DNA of 64,000 nucleotides from Escherichia coli (GTDB lineage Bacteria; Pseudomonadota; Gammaproteobacteria; Enterobacterales; Enterobacteriaceae): NCBI RefSeq assembly GCF_003991155.1, contig NZ_CP031294.1; one strand, 5' to 3'. Shown piece by piece: positions 34,454 to 44,500 of this stretch (position 1 is its first letter; each line of letters starts with the position of its first letter). The notes under the pieces were generated by a model. It saw only the letters and a program-made list of their open reading frames with translations, ran no database searches and was not told where the DNA came from. The position numbers and the translations under genes were made by a program.

Positions 34454-35206
34454 TTAATCTTTTAGGTATAAACCTACTGGAGTTCTTGTTTTGCGGGAGA
34501 TGATAAGTACGATAAATTTCTGAACGTTAACTTGCACTTTGTTTGGGAGCCAAGAGCTTAACTCTGCATCAAGCAACAATCCTCTGTTCCACGGCAAAAA
34601 TCCGGTTTCTTTCCCCATCCCGTACTCACCTAACACATCTTCGAACGTTTCTGTTTTGGCATTGTATATACGCACATCGCCGGTTCGCATGAGAGGCCCT
34701 GCCCAGATCTTAGCACCAGGAATGGTTTGTGTATCGTCGCAGACTAAATGCTCATACCAATGAAGAAGAAAGAGATAGGTACGGTGACACAATCCTCGCT
34801 GACGACGCTCTCTGACAGTTTCGACACCAGCTACCTGGTAACATTCGATCTCATTACCGTCTTCAACAAAACTATATTCACGCAGAGCTATCCTACCAGC
34901 GATCGTATTTTTGTTTTCGTCCAGAAGCCCGGACTGGAGCACCTCTTTGATAATCTCTTCTTCAGGGGCATCTTCATCCGCTCGATCTAAGATGAATTCG
35001 CTCAGGTCGCCTTGGTCGCGCGCACCTACACGTTCCATAGAGACATACAGGCAAATGTCATCTTCTGGTTCAATGATTTCAATTTCTGAGATTTTATAGA
35101 GGTAGGCTTCATTGATAAGAAAGCCAAAACGAACAACACGAGTCTCCCCTTTATGAGGAAACTCGCTTAGATCTTTTGAATATGCGCTATCTAGTGTAGG
35201 AGCCAT
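34454..35206 (-). CDS. hypothetical protein (250 aa)
   Basis: ORF with a 16-nt overlap with the upstream gene. No confident motif. Confidence 0.5.
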   Translation of the reverse strand: MAPTLDSAYSKDLSEFPHKGETRVVRFGFLINEAYLYKISEIEIIEPEDDICLYVSMERVGARDQGDLSEFILDRADEDAPEEEIIKEVLQSGLLDENKNTIAGRIALREYSFVEDGNEIECYQVAGVETVRERRQRGLCHRTYLFLLHWYEHLVCDDTQTIPGAKIWAGPLMRTGDVRIYNAKTETFEDVLGEYGMGKETGFLPWNRGLLLDAELSSWLPNKVQVNVQKFIVLIISRKTRTPVGLYLKD

Positions 35207-35574
35207 TTTGTAGCAGAATCATCAGCCTTAACCGTGCTGACAATGCTACCATGATTGCGTAAGAAGCGGCGAATAGAATGTTCAATAACCTCCGAAAAAG
35301 CCTCGATAAAACGAGACAGCTCAGGGTACTGTTTAGCTGGCTTGACTACAAAACGAACACGACCATTCAGGTAAATTGCTTCAGCTAATGGCTTCACGCT
35401 TGCACCAGCGCGCTCAACATCGTCTTTGAAGGTAACGATGAAGCGTGAGTCTTCCGGTTCAATAGCGTCATTATTGAGCTTACGTACTTCAAGCTTGTGC
35501 TGATTCAGCACATGAGTCTCGATAATACTCGTGCAATCGCGAATAGTTTGTATAGAACGTTTCTCGTTCAGCAT
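35191..35574 (-). CDS. hypothetical protein (127 aa)
   Basis: ORF with the leader CTAAGGTGGACACATG. Confidence 0.5.
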   Translation of the reverse strand: MLNEKRSIQTIRDCTSIIETHVLNQHKLEVRKLNNDAIEPEDSRFIVTFKDDVERAGASVKPLAEAIYLNGRVRFVVKPAKQYPELSRFIEAFSEVIEHSIRRFLRNHGSIVSTVKADDSATKWLLH

Positions 35575-35798
35575 GTGTCCACCTTAGCCGTTAACACAAG
35601 TGTCATTGCGGCACCCCTCTCGGGGTTGAAGGCTACGAGGATGCGTAGCCTGTATGTGCCCACTTACGTGGATGCCTAATAAATCTACATCAAATTACTA
35701 AATGATTCAACATGAGCTTGAGTGAACAGGCGTGTATATGAGTGAAGATGCCATCTTTAGGATAAAAGGTAAACTGAGACCACTCATCAATCATCGCC

Positions 35799-36026
35799 TC
35801 AGTTCAGGTGCCCCCACTCACACAGCCTTTCACCTATCGTATTGTGGATAAGCAACTGTCGCTCCGTTTCCTCAGTCATAAAATCCTCTCTACTCACATA
35901 GATAGGATTTGCAGCATCGCAGAATAGCACGCCTGGAGCCTGCGTCTTAATCACGCACCCATTTATCAAGCAGCTCGCGATGAACACCAGAGGCATCTTT
36001 TTGCCGCACTTCATTAACCGTTTCAT
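35799..36026 (-). CDS. o-spanin (Rz1-like outer-membrane lipoprotein), start uncertain
   Basis: In the +1 frame relative to the i-spanin, overlapping its 3' part. MKRLMKCGKKMPLVFIASC has a lipobox. Confidence 0.5.
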   Translation of the reverse strand: MKRLMKCGKKMPLVFIASCLINGCVIKTQAPGVLFCDAANPIYVSREDFMTEETERQLLIHNTIGERLCEWGHLN

Positions 36027-36198
36027 TTTTGACATCCACTGTGCTTTGAAGTCGTTTTCTGTCTTCCTGTTTTGCCTTCTCTTCCATTGCTCGTCGCGCC
36101 GCATTTCCGCCCATCGTGTAAGCGCCGACAAGAACGAAAAGAACGGCAGCCAGCGTAATCAAAGCAACTTTTAGCTTTGTCATCAGGCTGCCTAGCAT
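35947..36198 (-). CDS. i-spanin (Rz-like)
   Basis: N-terminal TM LKVALITLAAVLFVLVGAY followed by a charged coiled coil. Lies directly after the lysis-enzyme candidate. Confidence 0.6.
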   Translation of the reverse strand: MLGSLMTKLKVALITLAAVLFVLVGAYTMGGNAARRAMEEKAKQEDRKRLQSTVDVKNETVNEVRQKDASGVHRELLDKWVRD

Positions 36199-36199
36199 A

Positions 36200-36892
36200 T
36201 TAGACCATCCCTTTCTGGTGTCTTCTTACCTGCGACCAGGCGATAAATCCAGCCACAACAATAGTGGCAATACCGAAGATGATGCGTACTGTATCCCCGC
36301 TAGAGATATGACCTTGTGCTTTATCCATAGCAGCGGAAACCTGCGGCATAACATCGGCCAGCTGCGCCAGACCAATACCTGCTGTAACAGTTGCGCCAGC
36401 GGTTTCTTTAGTTACAGGAACAGCCTTCACGGTTTTCACCGGCTTAACGACGCCAGCTCGACGCAGACCTTCCTCAATAACTTCTGCCGCATACCAGGTG
36501 TTCAGCGTTTTTAGTGGACCTCGACCATTCTCGTGGCGAATGATTGCCTCAACCAAAGGTCGAAGGATGTCGTAATCATGCAGATCGATGATCATGTCTG
36601 CGGTTACACCAACGGCTTTAGACACCTCATTAATGTAGGCGTCAGTGTTGTTTTCATTCGGCGGTGCCCAACGTTCAATAACTTCACGAATGGTATCGAT
36701 ACTTGAGCCGTCTTTTGCGCGACGTTTGTCGTGGTAGGTAATTAGAGTCACCGCCAGCGCACGAATCCCCCAAACAGGGTCTTTAAACGTGCAAAAGCGC
36801 GGTTCGTCTGGATTCGCAACCAGACCTTGCCACGGTGATCCTTTATCAAGATTACCGGGGTTATTATTACGAATGCCTCTCGGAGTCTTCAT
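36200..36892 (-). CDS. lysis-cassette protein, putative non-canonical cell-wall hydrolase with a C-terminal TM anchor
   Basis: GIRNNNPGNL...W.G N-terminal motif. C-terminal TM IIFGIATIVVAGFIAWSQV. Lies between the holin-like and spanin genes. Start placed at MKTPRG (SD AGGAG). Confidence 0.45.
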   Translation of the reverse strand: MKTPRGIRNNNPGNLDKGSPWQGLVANPDEPRFCTFKDPVWGIRALAVTLITYHDKRRAKDGSSIDTIREVIERWAPPNENNTDAYINEVSKAVGVTADMIIDLHDYDILRPLVEAIIRHENGRGPLKTLNTWYAAEVIEEGLRRAGVVKPVKTVKAVPVTKETAGATVTAGIGLAQLADVMPQVSAAMDKAQGHISSGDTVRIIFGIATIVVAGFIAWSQVRRHQKGMV

Positions 36893-36905
36893 CCTTGATC
36901 TCCTG

Positions 36906-37241
36906 TTATTGCAGTCCACTTTTTACGCCATACGCGGCTAACCCCAAAAGCAGTGCGGTAATAATGAACGACGTTATTTTAGAAACAATGCCGCCAAAGA
37001 ACCCACTTGAGATGGAATCTAACCGGTTAAGGAGTTTGTCCAGATTGGAGTGTTGAATACTATGTTGCGCCGGGGTCATATCACCAAAGTAGGTTTTCAG
37101 CTGATCATTGACCTCCTGGCCAATTTCTTCACGTAGCTCTTTACCTAATTTGCCAACAACCTCCCGAGCAACGATCGCGGCAATACGCTCAACTTGCTCT
37201 GTTGTAACGCCCGCCATCTCGTTCGACATGTTTTCCTCCAT
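36906..37241 (-). CDS. holin-like membrane protein
   Basis: 111 aa with a single C-terminal TM FIITALLLGLAAYGV. First gene of the lysis block. Confidence 0.35.
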   Translation of the reverse strand: MEENMSNEMAGVTTEQVERIAAIVAREVVGKLGKELREEIGQEVNDQLKTYFGDMTPAQHSIQHSNLDKLLNRLDSISSGFFGGIVSKITSFIITALLLGLAAYGVKSGLQ

Positions 37242-37431
37242 GAAAAGTCAAATCGGGATGGCGGATTTATATCACACTTCTCCTTTCAATTATAGGTATA
37301 TACTTACCTACCTATGCATATACCGTTTAACGGCTGTTCAAATTCGTATCTAGTAACTCACTAATATATCCCTATGATTGCGGCTGTGAGATCGCATTTT
37401 AAACCTCACAGCCATATAAATAATGTCTAAA

Positions 37432-40400
37432 TCAGTTACTTGTTGCCCCAACAGTACCTGCAAATTTCAGCCATTGACCTGACGGACTTCTATTACTACG
37501 GTAATGATAAACGAGGATTGCGTTTGTAACTCCACCGTAGTCAGCTTTATGTGACGTTGTTAAACGAATTGTATAATCACCGTTAGGTAGATTAAAAACT
37601 TCGATTATAGATTCTGCTAATTCTACAGCACCAAATCCCGTTATATTGTTGATACTGCCAGCATTGAATCCCATAGCATCGCCAAAGCCAATCCAATAAC
37701 TTTTGCTAAACGCCCCATTTGATTTTAGGTGGCTAATGAATGTGGACAAACTCATGCCCATATCCCCACCTGAAACAGAGGAAGTTCGCACAGTCATACT
37801 TGGAAGAGCACTGCTCTTCACATAGGAACTTAGAAGGTTTGTTACCTCTGTTTTCGTATAGGCATTAAGGTTAGCCGCAGTCAAAGTAATATCGGCAGAG
37901 CCATCAAACGCCACACCAGCAATTTTCCTTGCTGTCTGCAATTTTGTGGCAGTGGCAGCATTACCAGTAGTGTTCTGATTACCGGTTGTATTCACACCAG
38001 GTATTGAATCCTTAGCGGTATATACCTGCGCCCACGCAGACCATGCCGCATCAGTGGTATCTCTTCGGGAGCGAATGAAAACCGGCGCATGTGCACCGCT
38101 CGTACCACTCCAGCCAATAAGCAACTCGCCCTCACCAGCAGCACTCGCACCTTTCATGTGCAATACGTTGCCATACGTGGTCGGGTAGCTATTGCTGTAC
38201 GCCTCGTACATTTGAATGCCAGCAGTACCTTGAGCAGAACCGCTTAACGCCGTAACTCGGCCACGAGATACCAATGTATTAATGTTGATATCGCCTGAGC
38301 CATCAAACTTAACACCATTGATGTTTCTCGCTGTTTGCAACTTCGTAGCTGTTGAAGCATTACCGTTCAAACTACCATTTACGCCACCAGTCACATTTAG
38401 TCCATTACCAATTGATACAGCACCGCTGGTATTATTAATTGTAATAGGTCGCAAACCGTTCCATGAACCTAATGTGTCTCCTGATGCTGTTAGCATGAAA
38501 TATGTGTTCGATCCATCATTACGGATAAAGAACCCAAAGCTACCGTAAGCAATGCGGAAACCATTTGCATATTTTGAAATGATCTCGCCAGAAGATGTCA
38601 AACCTCCAGATAATGTACCACCGGTAAGAGGTAATGCACCGACATCAGAGGCTGTTGGTTTGTTTTTCGTGTTATATACTCTTCGCCATCCTGGAGAATA
38701 ATCTGTGCCATTAAATACATAGATAAACTCCGCATTAGTGAGAGCACCAGAGACACTCGTCGTTGTGGCCGTTGTTATACGGATCGTATAATTGTTTGAG
38801 CTACTACCGTTATTAAATACCTCTATAACAGCTCCTGCCAATGGAATAACGCCACAACCAGTTTCACTATTTGGTATGGTTGCACTATTGGCATAGGCCC
38901 ACGCACATCGAGCAATCCATGACTTTGTGTTAAATGCTCCATTATTTTGCAATAACGTCACTAACTGTGCTGTTGTTATTGCTCCGCCATTACTTCCTGT
39001 AGTTAACCAACCAGTAGGAGATGCCGGGCAACCTATATTTGCTGGCGACAAGGAAATATTTGCCGAGCCGTCAAACGACACCCCATTAATAGTACGCGCA
39101 GTCTGCAACTTCGTAGCAGTAGCCGCGTTGCCCGTTGTATTCTGATTACCAGTCGTATTAACACCTGGCAAATTAATATTCGCAGTACCATCAAAGCTCA
39201 CGCCGCCGATAGTTCTTGCCGTCTGAAGTTTTGTAGCAGTTGCAGCATTACCAGTGGTGTTCTGATTACCCGTAGTATTTACACCTGGAAGGTTGATATT
39301 TGCAGAACCGTCGAAACCAACTCCACCGATAGATCTTGCCGTCTGCAATTTCGTGGCTGTACTTGCATTACCATTCAATGAACCAGTTAATCCACCTGTA
39401 ACAGACAACGGACCTGAAACTGTTCCTCCGGTTGTTGGCAGTGCTCCAATATCTGATGGTGTAGGTTTCTGATGTGAGCTATACATCGTATAAACAACAC
39501 CATCGGTAACGCTGGAAGGCTTACTCGCTGAATATGTTGGCGAGGTATAAATAGAAACTGTCGCATTTGCAGTACAATCCCAATGGATATTTACACGAGT
39601 CGCATAATTGCCAATCTCAACGTAAATATCATATGTATCGCCGGATGTGTTGATCCAGGCGAAATTCGTTAATCCGACAGCTGTACGCTTCCACAAAGCA
39701 CCTGTAATCCCTTTGGGGTTTCCATTGCCTGCTCGTAGAACCAGTTCTGAAATGCCTGCCTGATGTGGGGAGCCGACGTTGTAACCAGCGCCACCAATCA
39801 ATGCGATGTAAACGATGGAACTCGCTTGTGGCATGGTAACCGTAGCCAGTTTGAACCACCCTGCCCCGCCAGAGAAAGACATCGTTACTGAATTTAAAGT
39901 ACCAATATCTTTCGGCGTTAATGTGATATCCGCAGTCAGTGCTTTACCGTTAACTTTTCGGTTAGATGGCACCCTGCTATTCGCATTGTCATTGGCTGCT
40001 TTAACTGCTTTTGGCGTTGCGGCCAGCGATTCACTGGTGCTGTCGACAGCACTGCTAAGTTTCACAACACCTTTAGTTGTAAGGCTTGCGTCTTCCATCG
40101 CAACTGCACCGGCAATCTCTTCAGCACGATCAGCAGCAGCTTCCGCACGGGTCGCAGCGGATTCAGCAGCAGTTTTGCTCTGAGATGCTGCCGTCGCACT
40201 GCCTGCCGCCTCTGTTGCTTTCGTGGATGCCGTCGTGGCACTGCCCTTCGCTGCTGACGCCTGTCTGGTCGCCTCATCTTTTGAAGCAGACGCAGATGAT
40301 GCCGATGACGCCGCCGAACTGGCGGACGATGCGGCAGCCGTTTTTGAGGATTCTGCGCTGGTTTCCGACGCTTTCGCGTTCGTTTCGGATGTCTTCGCTG

Positions 40401-41460
40401 CGGAAGCAGACCTCGCTGCTGCGCTGGCCTGTTCAGTGGCTTCGCCAGCCTTCGTTGTGGCTGTTGAAGCAGACGATGCGGCACTTTCTGCCGATTTTCC
40501 GGCGGCGGTGGCACTGGCTGAGGCCTGCCCGGCACTTGTTGACGCGGCACTGGCAGACGACGCAGCCGCTGTTTTTGAGCCTGCCGCAGCTGAGGCACTC
40601 TGTGCTGCTGCCGTCTCAGAAGACTTAGCGTTCGTCTCGGACGTTTTTGCCGCCTTCGCGGAATTGCCTGCCGCTGTTGCCGAGGAGGCTGCACTACTGG
40701 CGCTCAAGGATGCGTTCGTTTCTGATGATTTCGCTGCCTCTTTTGAGGCCGCCGCATCCCGGACTGAGGTGGCAGCTTCTGACGCTTTCGTGGTCGCGGT
40801 GGATGCAGAAGTGGCTGCTGATTGTTGTGACGCTGCGGCATTCGTTTCAGATTTTTTCGCAGCAGTTGCACTCGCACTTGCGGCACTTTGTGAGGATGCC
40901 GCAGCGGATGCACTTTGAGACGCTTGAGAGGCTTTTTCTCCAGCGGTATTGGCGCTTTCTGCTGCTGCGGCAGCACTGGCCGCCGCCTCACGAGCTTTGT
41001 CGCCAGCAGCATCAATCGCGTCAGTGTTATTTTTATACCACTCAACGTTTTCGTTGTGCTCGTTGACGATCTGCATTAGCGGCTTAACGGTTACTTCTGT
41101 ACCGTCTTCACGCTCGATTGTCACCTCATCCAGAGCAGTCAACCAACTGCGCATAGACTTGGAATCAGCCGACATACGCGACATTAGTGCTGTAAAGCGC
41201 GCGCTAAACTGTGTTAAGTCGCCTTCATAGGTCGTAATGATTCGGCACGGAACCTCAGACTGAGTTTCGCCGGTATAAGGTTCTGAGAGAACAATATTCG
41301 TATCGCTTATTACGCGCTTGATCTCATACAGCTTATTGTCGGGGCCAATGACGATCATCCCCGGCAACACACCATTAGCTGTTACGTTCCAGGCTGTCCC
41401 TGCCCCAACCAGAGTATTGCTACCCTGTGTAAATGTGATAGTACCTTCCCTGTACCACAT
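37432..41460 (-). CDS. side tail fibre protein
   Basis: 1342 aa. Lambda Stf-like Ala/Ser/Thr region (SETNA repeats). Repeated GNAATATKLQTAR.I.GV.FDGS fibre modules. Two paralogous tip-like domains. Confidence 0.9.
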   Translation of the reverse strand: MWYREGTITFTQGSNTLVGAGTAWNVTANGVLPGMIVIGPDNKLYEIKRVISDTNIVLSEPYTGETQSEVPCRIITTYEGDLTQFSARFTALMSRMSADSKSMRSWLTALDEVTIEREDGTEVTVKPLMQIVNEHNENVEWYKNNTDAIDAAGDKAREAAASAAAAAESANTAGEKASQASQSASAAASSQSAASASATAAKKSETNAAASQQSAATSASTATTKASEAATSVRDAAASKEAAKSSETNASLSASSAASSATAAGNSAKAAKTSETNAKSSETAAAQSASAAAGSKTAAASSASAASTSAGQASASATAAGKSAESAASSASTATTKAGEATEQASAAARSASAAKTSETNAKASETSAESSKTAAASSASSAASSASSASASKDEATRQASAAKGSATTASTKATEAAGSATAASQSKTAAESAATRAEAAADRAEEIAGAVAMEDASLTTKGVVKLSSAVDSTSESLAATPKAVKAANDNANSRVPSNRKVNGKALTADITLTPKDIGTLNSVTMSFSGGAGWFKLATVTMPQASSIVYIALIGGAGYNVGSPHQAGISELVLRAGNGNPKGITGALWKRTAVGLTNFAWINTSGDTYDIYVEIGNYATRVNIHWDCTANATVSIYTSPTYSASKPSSVTDGVVYTMYSSHQKPTPSDIGALPTTGGTVSGPLSVTGGLTGSLNGNASTATKLQTARSIGGVGFDGSANINLPGVNTTGNQNTTGNAATATKLQTARTIGGVSFDGTANINLPGVNTTGNQNTTGNAATATKLQTARTINGVSFDGSANISLSPANIGCPASPTGWLTTGSNGGAITTAQLVTLLQNNGAFNTKSWIARCAWAYANSATIPNSETGCGVIPLAGAVIEVFNNGSSSNNYTIRITTATTTSVSGALTNAEFIYVFNGTDYSPGWRRVYNTKNKPTASDVGALPLTGGTLSGGLTSSGEIISKYANGFRIAYGSFGFFIRNDGSNTYFMLTASGDTLGSWNGLRPITINNTSGAVSIGNGLNVTGGVNGSLNGNASTATKLQTARNINGVKFDGSGDININTLVSRGRVTALSGSAQGTAGIQMYEAYSNSYPTTYGNVLHMKGASAAGEGELLIGWSGTSGAHAPVFIRSRRDTTDAAWSAWAQVYTAKDSIPGVNTTGNQNTTGNAATATKLQTARKIAGVAFDGSADITLTAANLNAYTKTEVTNLLSSYVKSSALPSMTVRTSSVSGGDMGMSLSTFISHLKSNGAFSKSYWIGFGDAMGFNAGSINNITGFGAVELAESIIEVFNLPNGDYTIRLTTSHKADYGGVTNAILVYHYRSNRSPSGQWLKFAGTVGATSN

Positions 41461-41553
41461 GTTGAATATGCTCCTTGATTTGGCGGGTTATCCTTGCCCG
41501 CCATTAAGTAAATACTTACCTATTTTTACCGATATAAAATTTTTTTTCCACCA

Positions 41554-44500
41554 TCACAGACGGCCAATTCTTACTCGTAGGACGTTGTTATCGTCATAAA
41601 CGTCAATCCGCTGACCATTTATAACCAATCTCCCATTGCCGCCGCTATTACCGTTGATCTCAAGCGTTCCATTTTTGCCGAACCGCCATCCAGATCTACC
41701 GCTAACAAAATTGGTAGATTGCAGATCGCCTACTTTTGCATTGGTGATTGTGCCATCCTTGATATACGCTCCATTCATATAGGCGATACTGTTTTCGATA
41801 ACAAATGGCGTTGTGATCTTCCCGTTAACAGAGTTGACCAAACCAAACCTGTCCGCCTGAACCAAAAACTGAGATAGCCCAGTGGTGTCAATACCAAGCG
41901 CAATACCGGCAACATACTTCTGCCCTCCGCTCGTTGAAGTCTCCATTTTCAACGTCCACGCGGTTGATACTTTTTTGTTGGTATCAGCAATAGCTGTTGC
42001 CTGCTGTTGAATTGTCGCGGTATTTCCATCCACCTCTGCTTTCAGAGTATCGATTCGCCCACTCAGAGCATTATCTGCCTGCGTTCTCGCTGTCGTTTCA
42101 GTTGTGACCGCCGCAGAAATGTTGGCTGCTGTTTGAGACTCTAAGTTTGTGATTTGAGTCGCCAATGCAGCATCTTGCTCTGTACGCGTTTTCGTTTCGG
42201 TTGCTACAGCCGCTTTAATATCCTCTTTGTATTGAGAGGTCAGCTTGGTGATCTGAGACGACAACGCCGAGTCAGCATCAGTTCGAGCCTGCGTTTCAAC
42301 TGCAACGGCCGCACTAATATCTTTCGCTGTCTGTGCTTTTAAACTTGAAACCTCTTTTGTTAAAGCGGTATCACCATCTGCACGAGCCGTTGTTTCTCTG
42401 GCAAGAGACGCCTCGAGATCATTAGCTTTTGCTGTAAGAGACGTAATCTGGGTAGACAATGCACTATCGGCATCAGTCCTTGCTTTTGTCTCTACAGCAA
42501 CCGCTGCGGCAATATCAGTTCCGGTTTGTGCTCGCAGGCTGTTAATTTCTCGTGAGAGCGCCTGGTCAGCACTTGCTCTGGCCTCCTGCTCCTGAGTGAT
42601 GGCCGCGGATATATCACCGTCAACCTTTGACTGAAGCTGGTTTATTTGTTTGGCTAACGCAGAGTCCCCGCTTGCTCGGGCCTCCTGCTCACTACGTATT
42701 GCAGCAGAAATATCATCATCAACCTTTGCCTGAAGTTGGGTGATCTGGCTTGCCAGAGCCGAATCTTCCGTTGCTCGGGCTTCTTGCTCTTCCTTAATAG
42801 CTGCGACGATATCGTTGCTTACTTTCGACTCAAGCTGAGTGATCTGTGTCGTCAGAGCTTCATCGGCAGATGTACGAGCCTCCTGCTCTGTACTAATCGC
42901 CGCGCTGATATCTCCTTCAAACTTAGATTGCAGCTGAGTGACACGCTTTGCCAACGCTTCATCGCCATCGGCACGAGCGGTGGACTCTTCCAGAATACTG
43001 GCCTTAATGTCTTCGCCAATTTCTACGCGAATTTCCTCAACCTTCGTGGCCATTGCAGACATATCATCAGCAAAGGTTTTCTGTGTTGTTGCGATCTTCG
43101 CGTTATTGACCATCTGCTTGTGCTGGTCTTCATCTTGACGAAGAGCCAGGTCAATATTTGTTTTGGCTAACGCCTCAATGTTCGTAGTCAGTTCTGCACT
43201 GGCACGATCGACCTCTGCAACCGTCTTTTTCATTTCTTCAACGGCAGCGGAGCTTTCCTCTACCGTTGACTGCAACACTTCCAGTTGTTTAGCGTTTGCA
43301 GCATCGCCTTCAACACGAGCCTCGCTTTCCTTAGCAATAAGAGCCGCCGCTTCATCTCTTGCAGCCTTTATTGCCTCGACTGTATTAGCGAGAGCTTTAT
43401 CGTGTTCAGATACGGTGTTTTCGATTTCAACAATTGCAGCATCAGTAGCATCAATTTTTTCAAACGCTTCATTGACCTTGTCGATCGTTGCCGAAACCTC
43501 ACCTTTAAGCTCGGTTTGTGCGTTCTCCAAAGCATCGCTACGCTCGTTGAATTTTATTTCAAAATCCGCGAGGTTATCGCTGAACTGCTTATCTAATTCA
43601 GCTATATCTTCCTTAACGTCGTTTACCGCCCCCTCCAAAGATTCGACGCTCTGGTTGATATGCTCATTTAACTCGTCAACTGCTTCTTGAGAGGCTTTGC
43701 TGTTGATGTCCTCAAGCAGAGCCTGACCAAGCTCGGAAGATGTAATTTTGCCAGTCAGGAACGACAGTACATCGCGAGTTGTCGCCTCTGTACCCAAGTT
43801 TGAGTTCGGAGGACTTAACATACCTCGCTTGTTCGATGCTCGAACCCAGTAATACCACGTTTCGCTATCCCCAAGACCAGCATGTGTAAAGGTGGTGCTT
43901 GCAGACTCTGCGATCAGTTTCGCCGTATCCAGATTGTTGGTCTGGGATGCGTAAACATTAATGTGATCAAGGTCTACCGAATCTGGATTAACCCAATTCA
44001 GTATCACATTACGATAGTCTCCAACGGCCGTTAATGACGTTGGGGCATCCGGCGGTGTCATTGTGCCCAACACCTGATAAACGGTACTGATAATCTCTGT
44101 TTTTTTACCGTTGAATGAAACCGCATACAGCTGGAAGTCGTAGCGTCCATTCTCCGCGACATTAACGATTTCGTATTGCTCTTCGGTTACACGCGCCGAT
44201 TGCCAGTTCGATACATTGTTTTCATCAGAACGTCGCCAACTGATCCAATACTCTGGAGATTTCCCTTCCCATGTTGCAGTCAGTTTTACTGACAGGTTGC
44301 CCGGGCTTGAGAGATAAGTCCCTTCAGTGATTTGCAGATTAGATGGCTTGGAGTAAGTTGGGTCCAATACCGTCGTATTCTGCGGGATCAGCGTTGCACC
44401 ATTGTCGATTGCCTCATATTTAGACGGATTGTTCTCAACAGCGGTGATGTCAAAGCTACCCGGCGTTTCCCCTTGCGCGATGTTAACGATGCGAACGCGC

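Noticed and set aside
40062-41066. Five long overlapping ORFs on both strands (40062-40694, 40086-40628, 40223-40918, 40647-41066, 40704-41045) inside the tail fibre gene
   Set aside because: They all lie in the Ala/Ser/Thr-rich GCN/TCN-periodic segment of the 1342-aa fibre ORF. Such low-complexity composition keeps every frame open. Their products are Pro/Arg/Gln or Ala/Asp runs with no start context. Only the fibre frame continues into recognisable domains.
43163-43690. Plus-strand ORFs antisense to the J coiled-coil repeats and to the tape measure gene (for example 43163-43690, 49127-49669, 51461-51907, 52489-53028)
   Set aside because: These are shadow ORFs of Ala/Glu/Gln-rich coding repeats. 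The products are low-complexity Ser/Ala, and each lies inside a well-supported structural gene.
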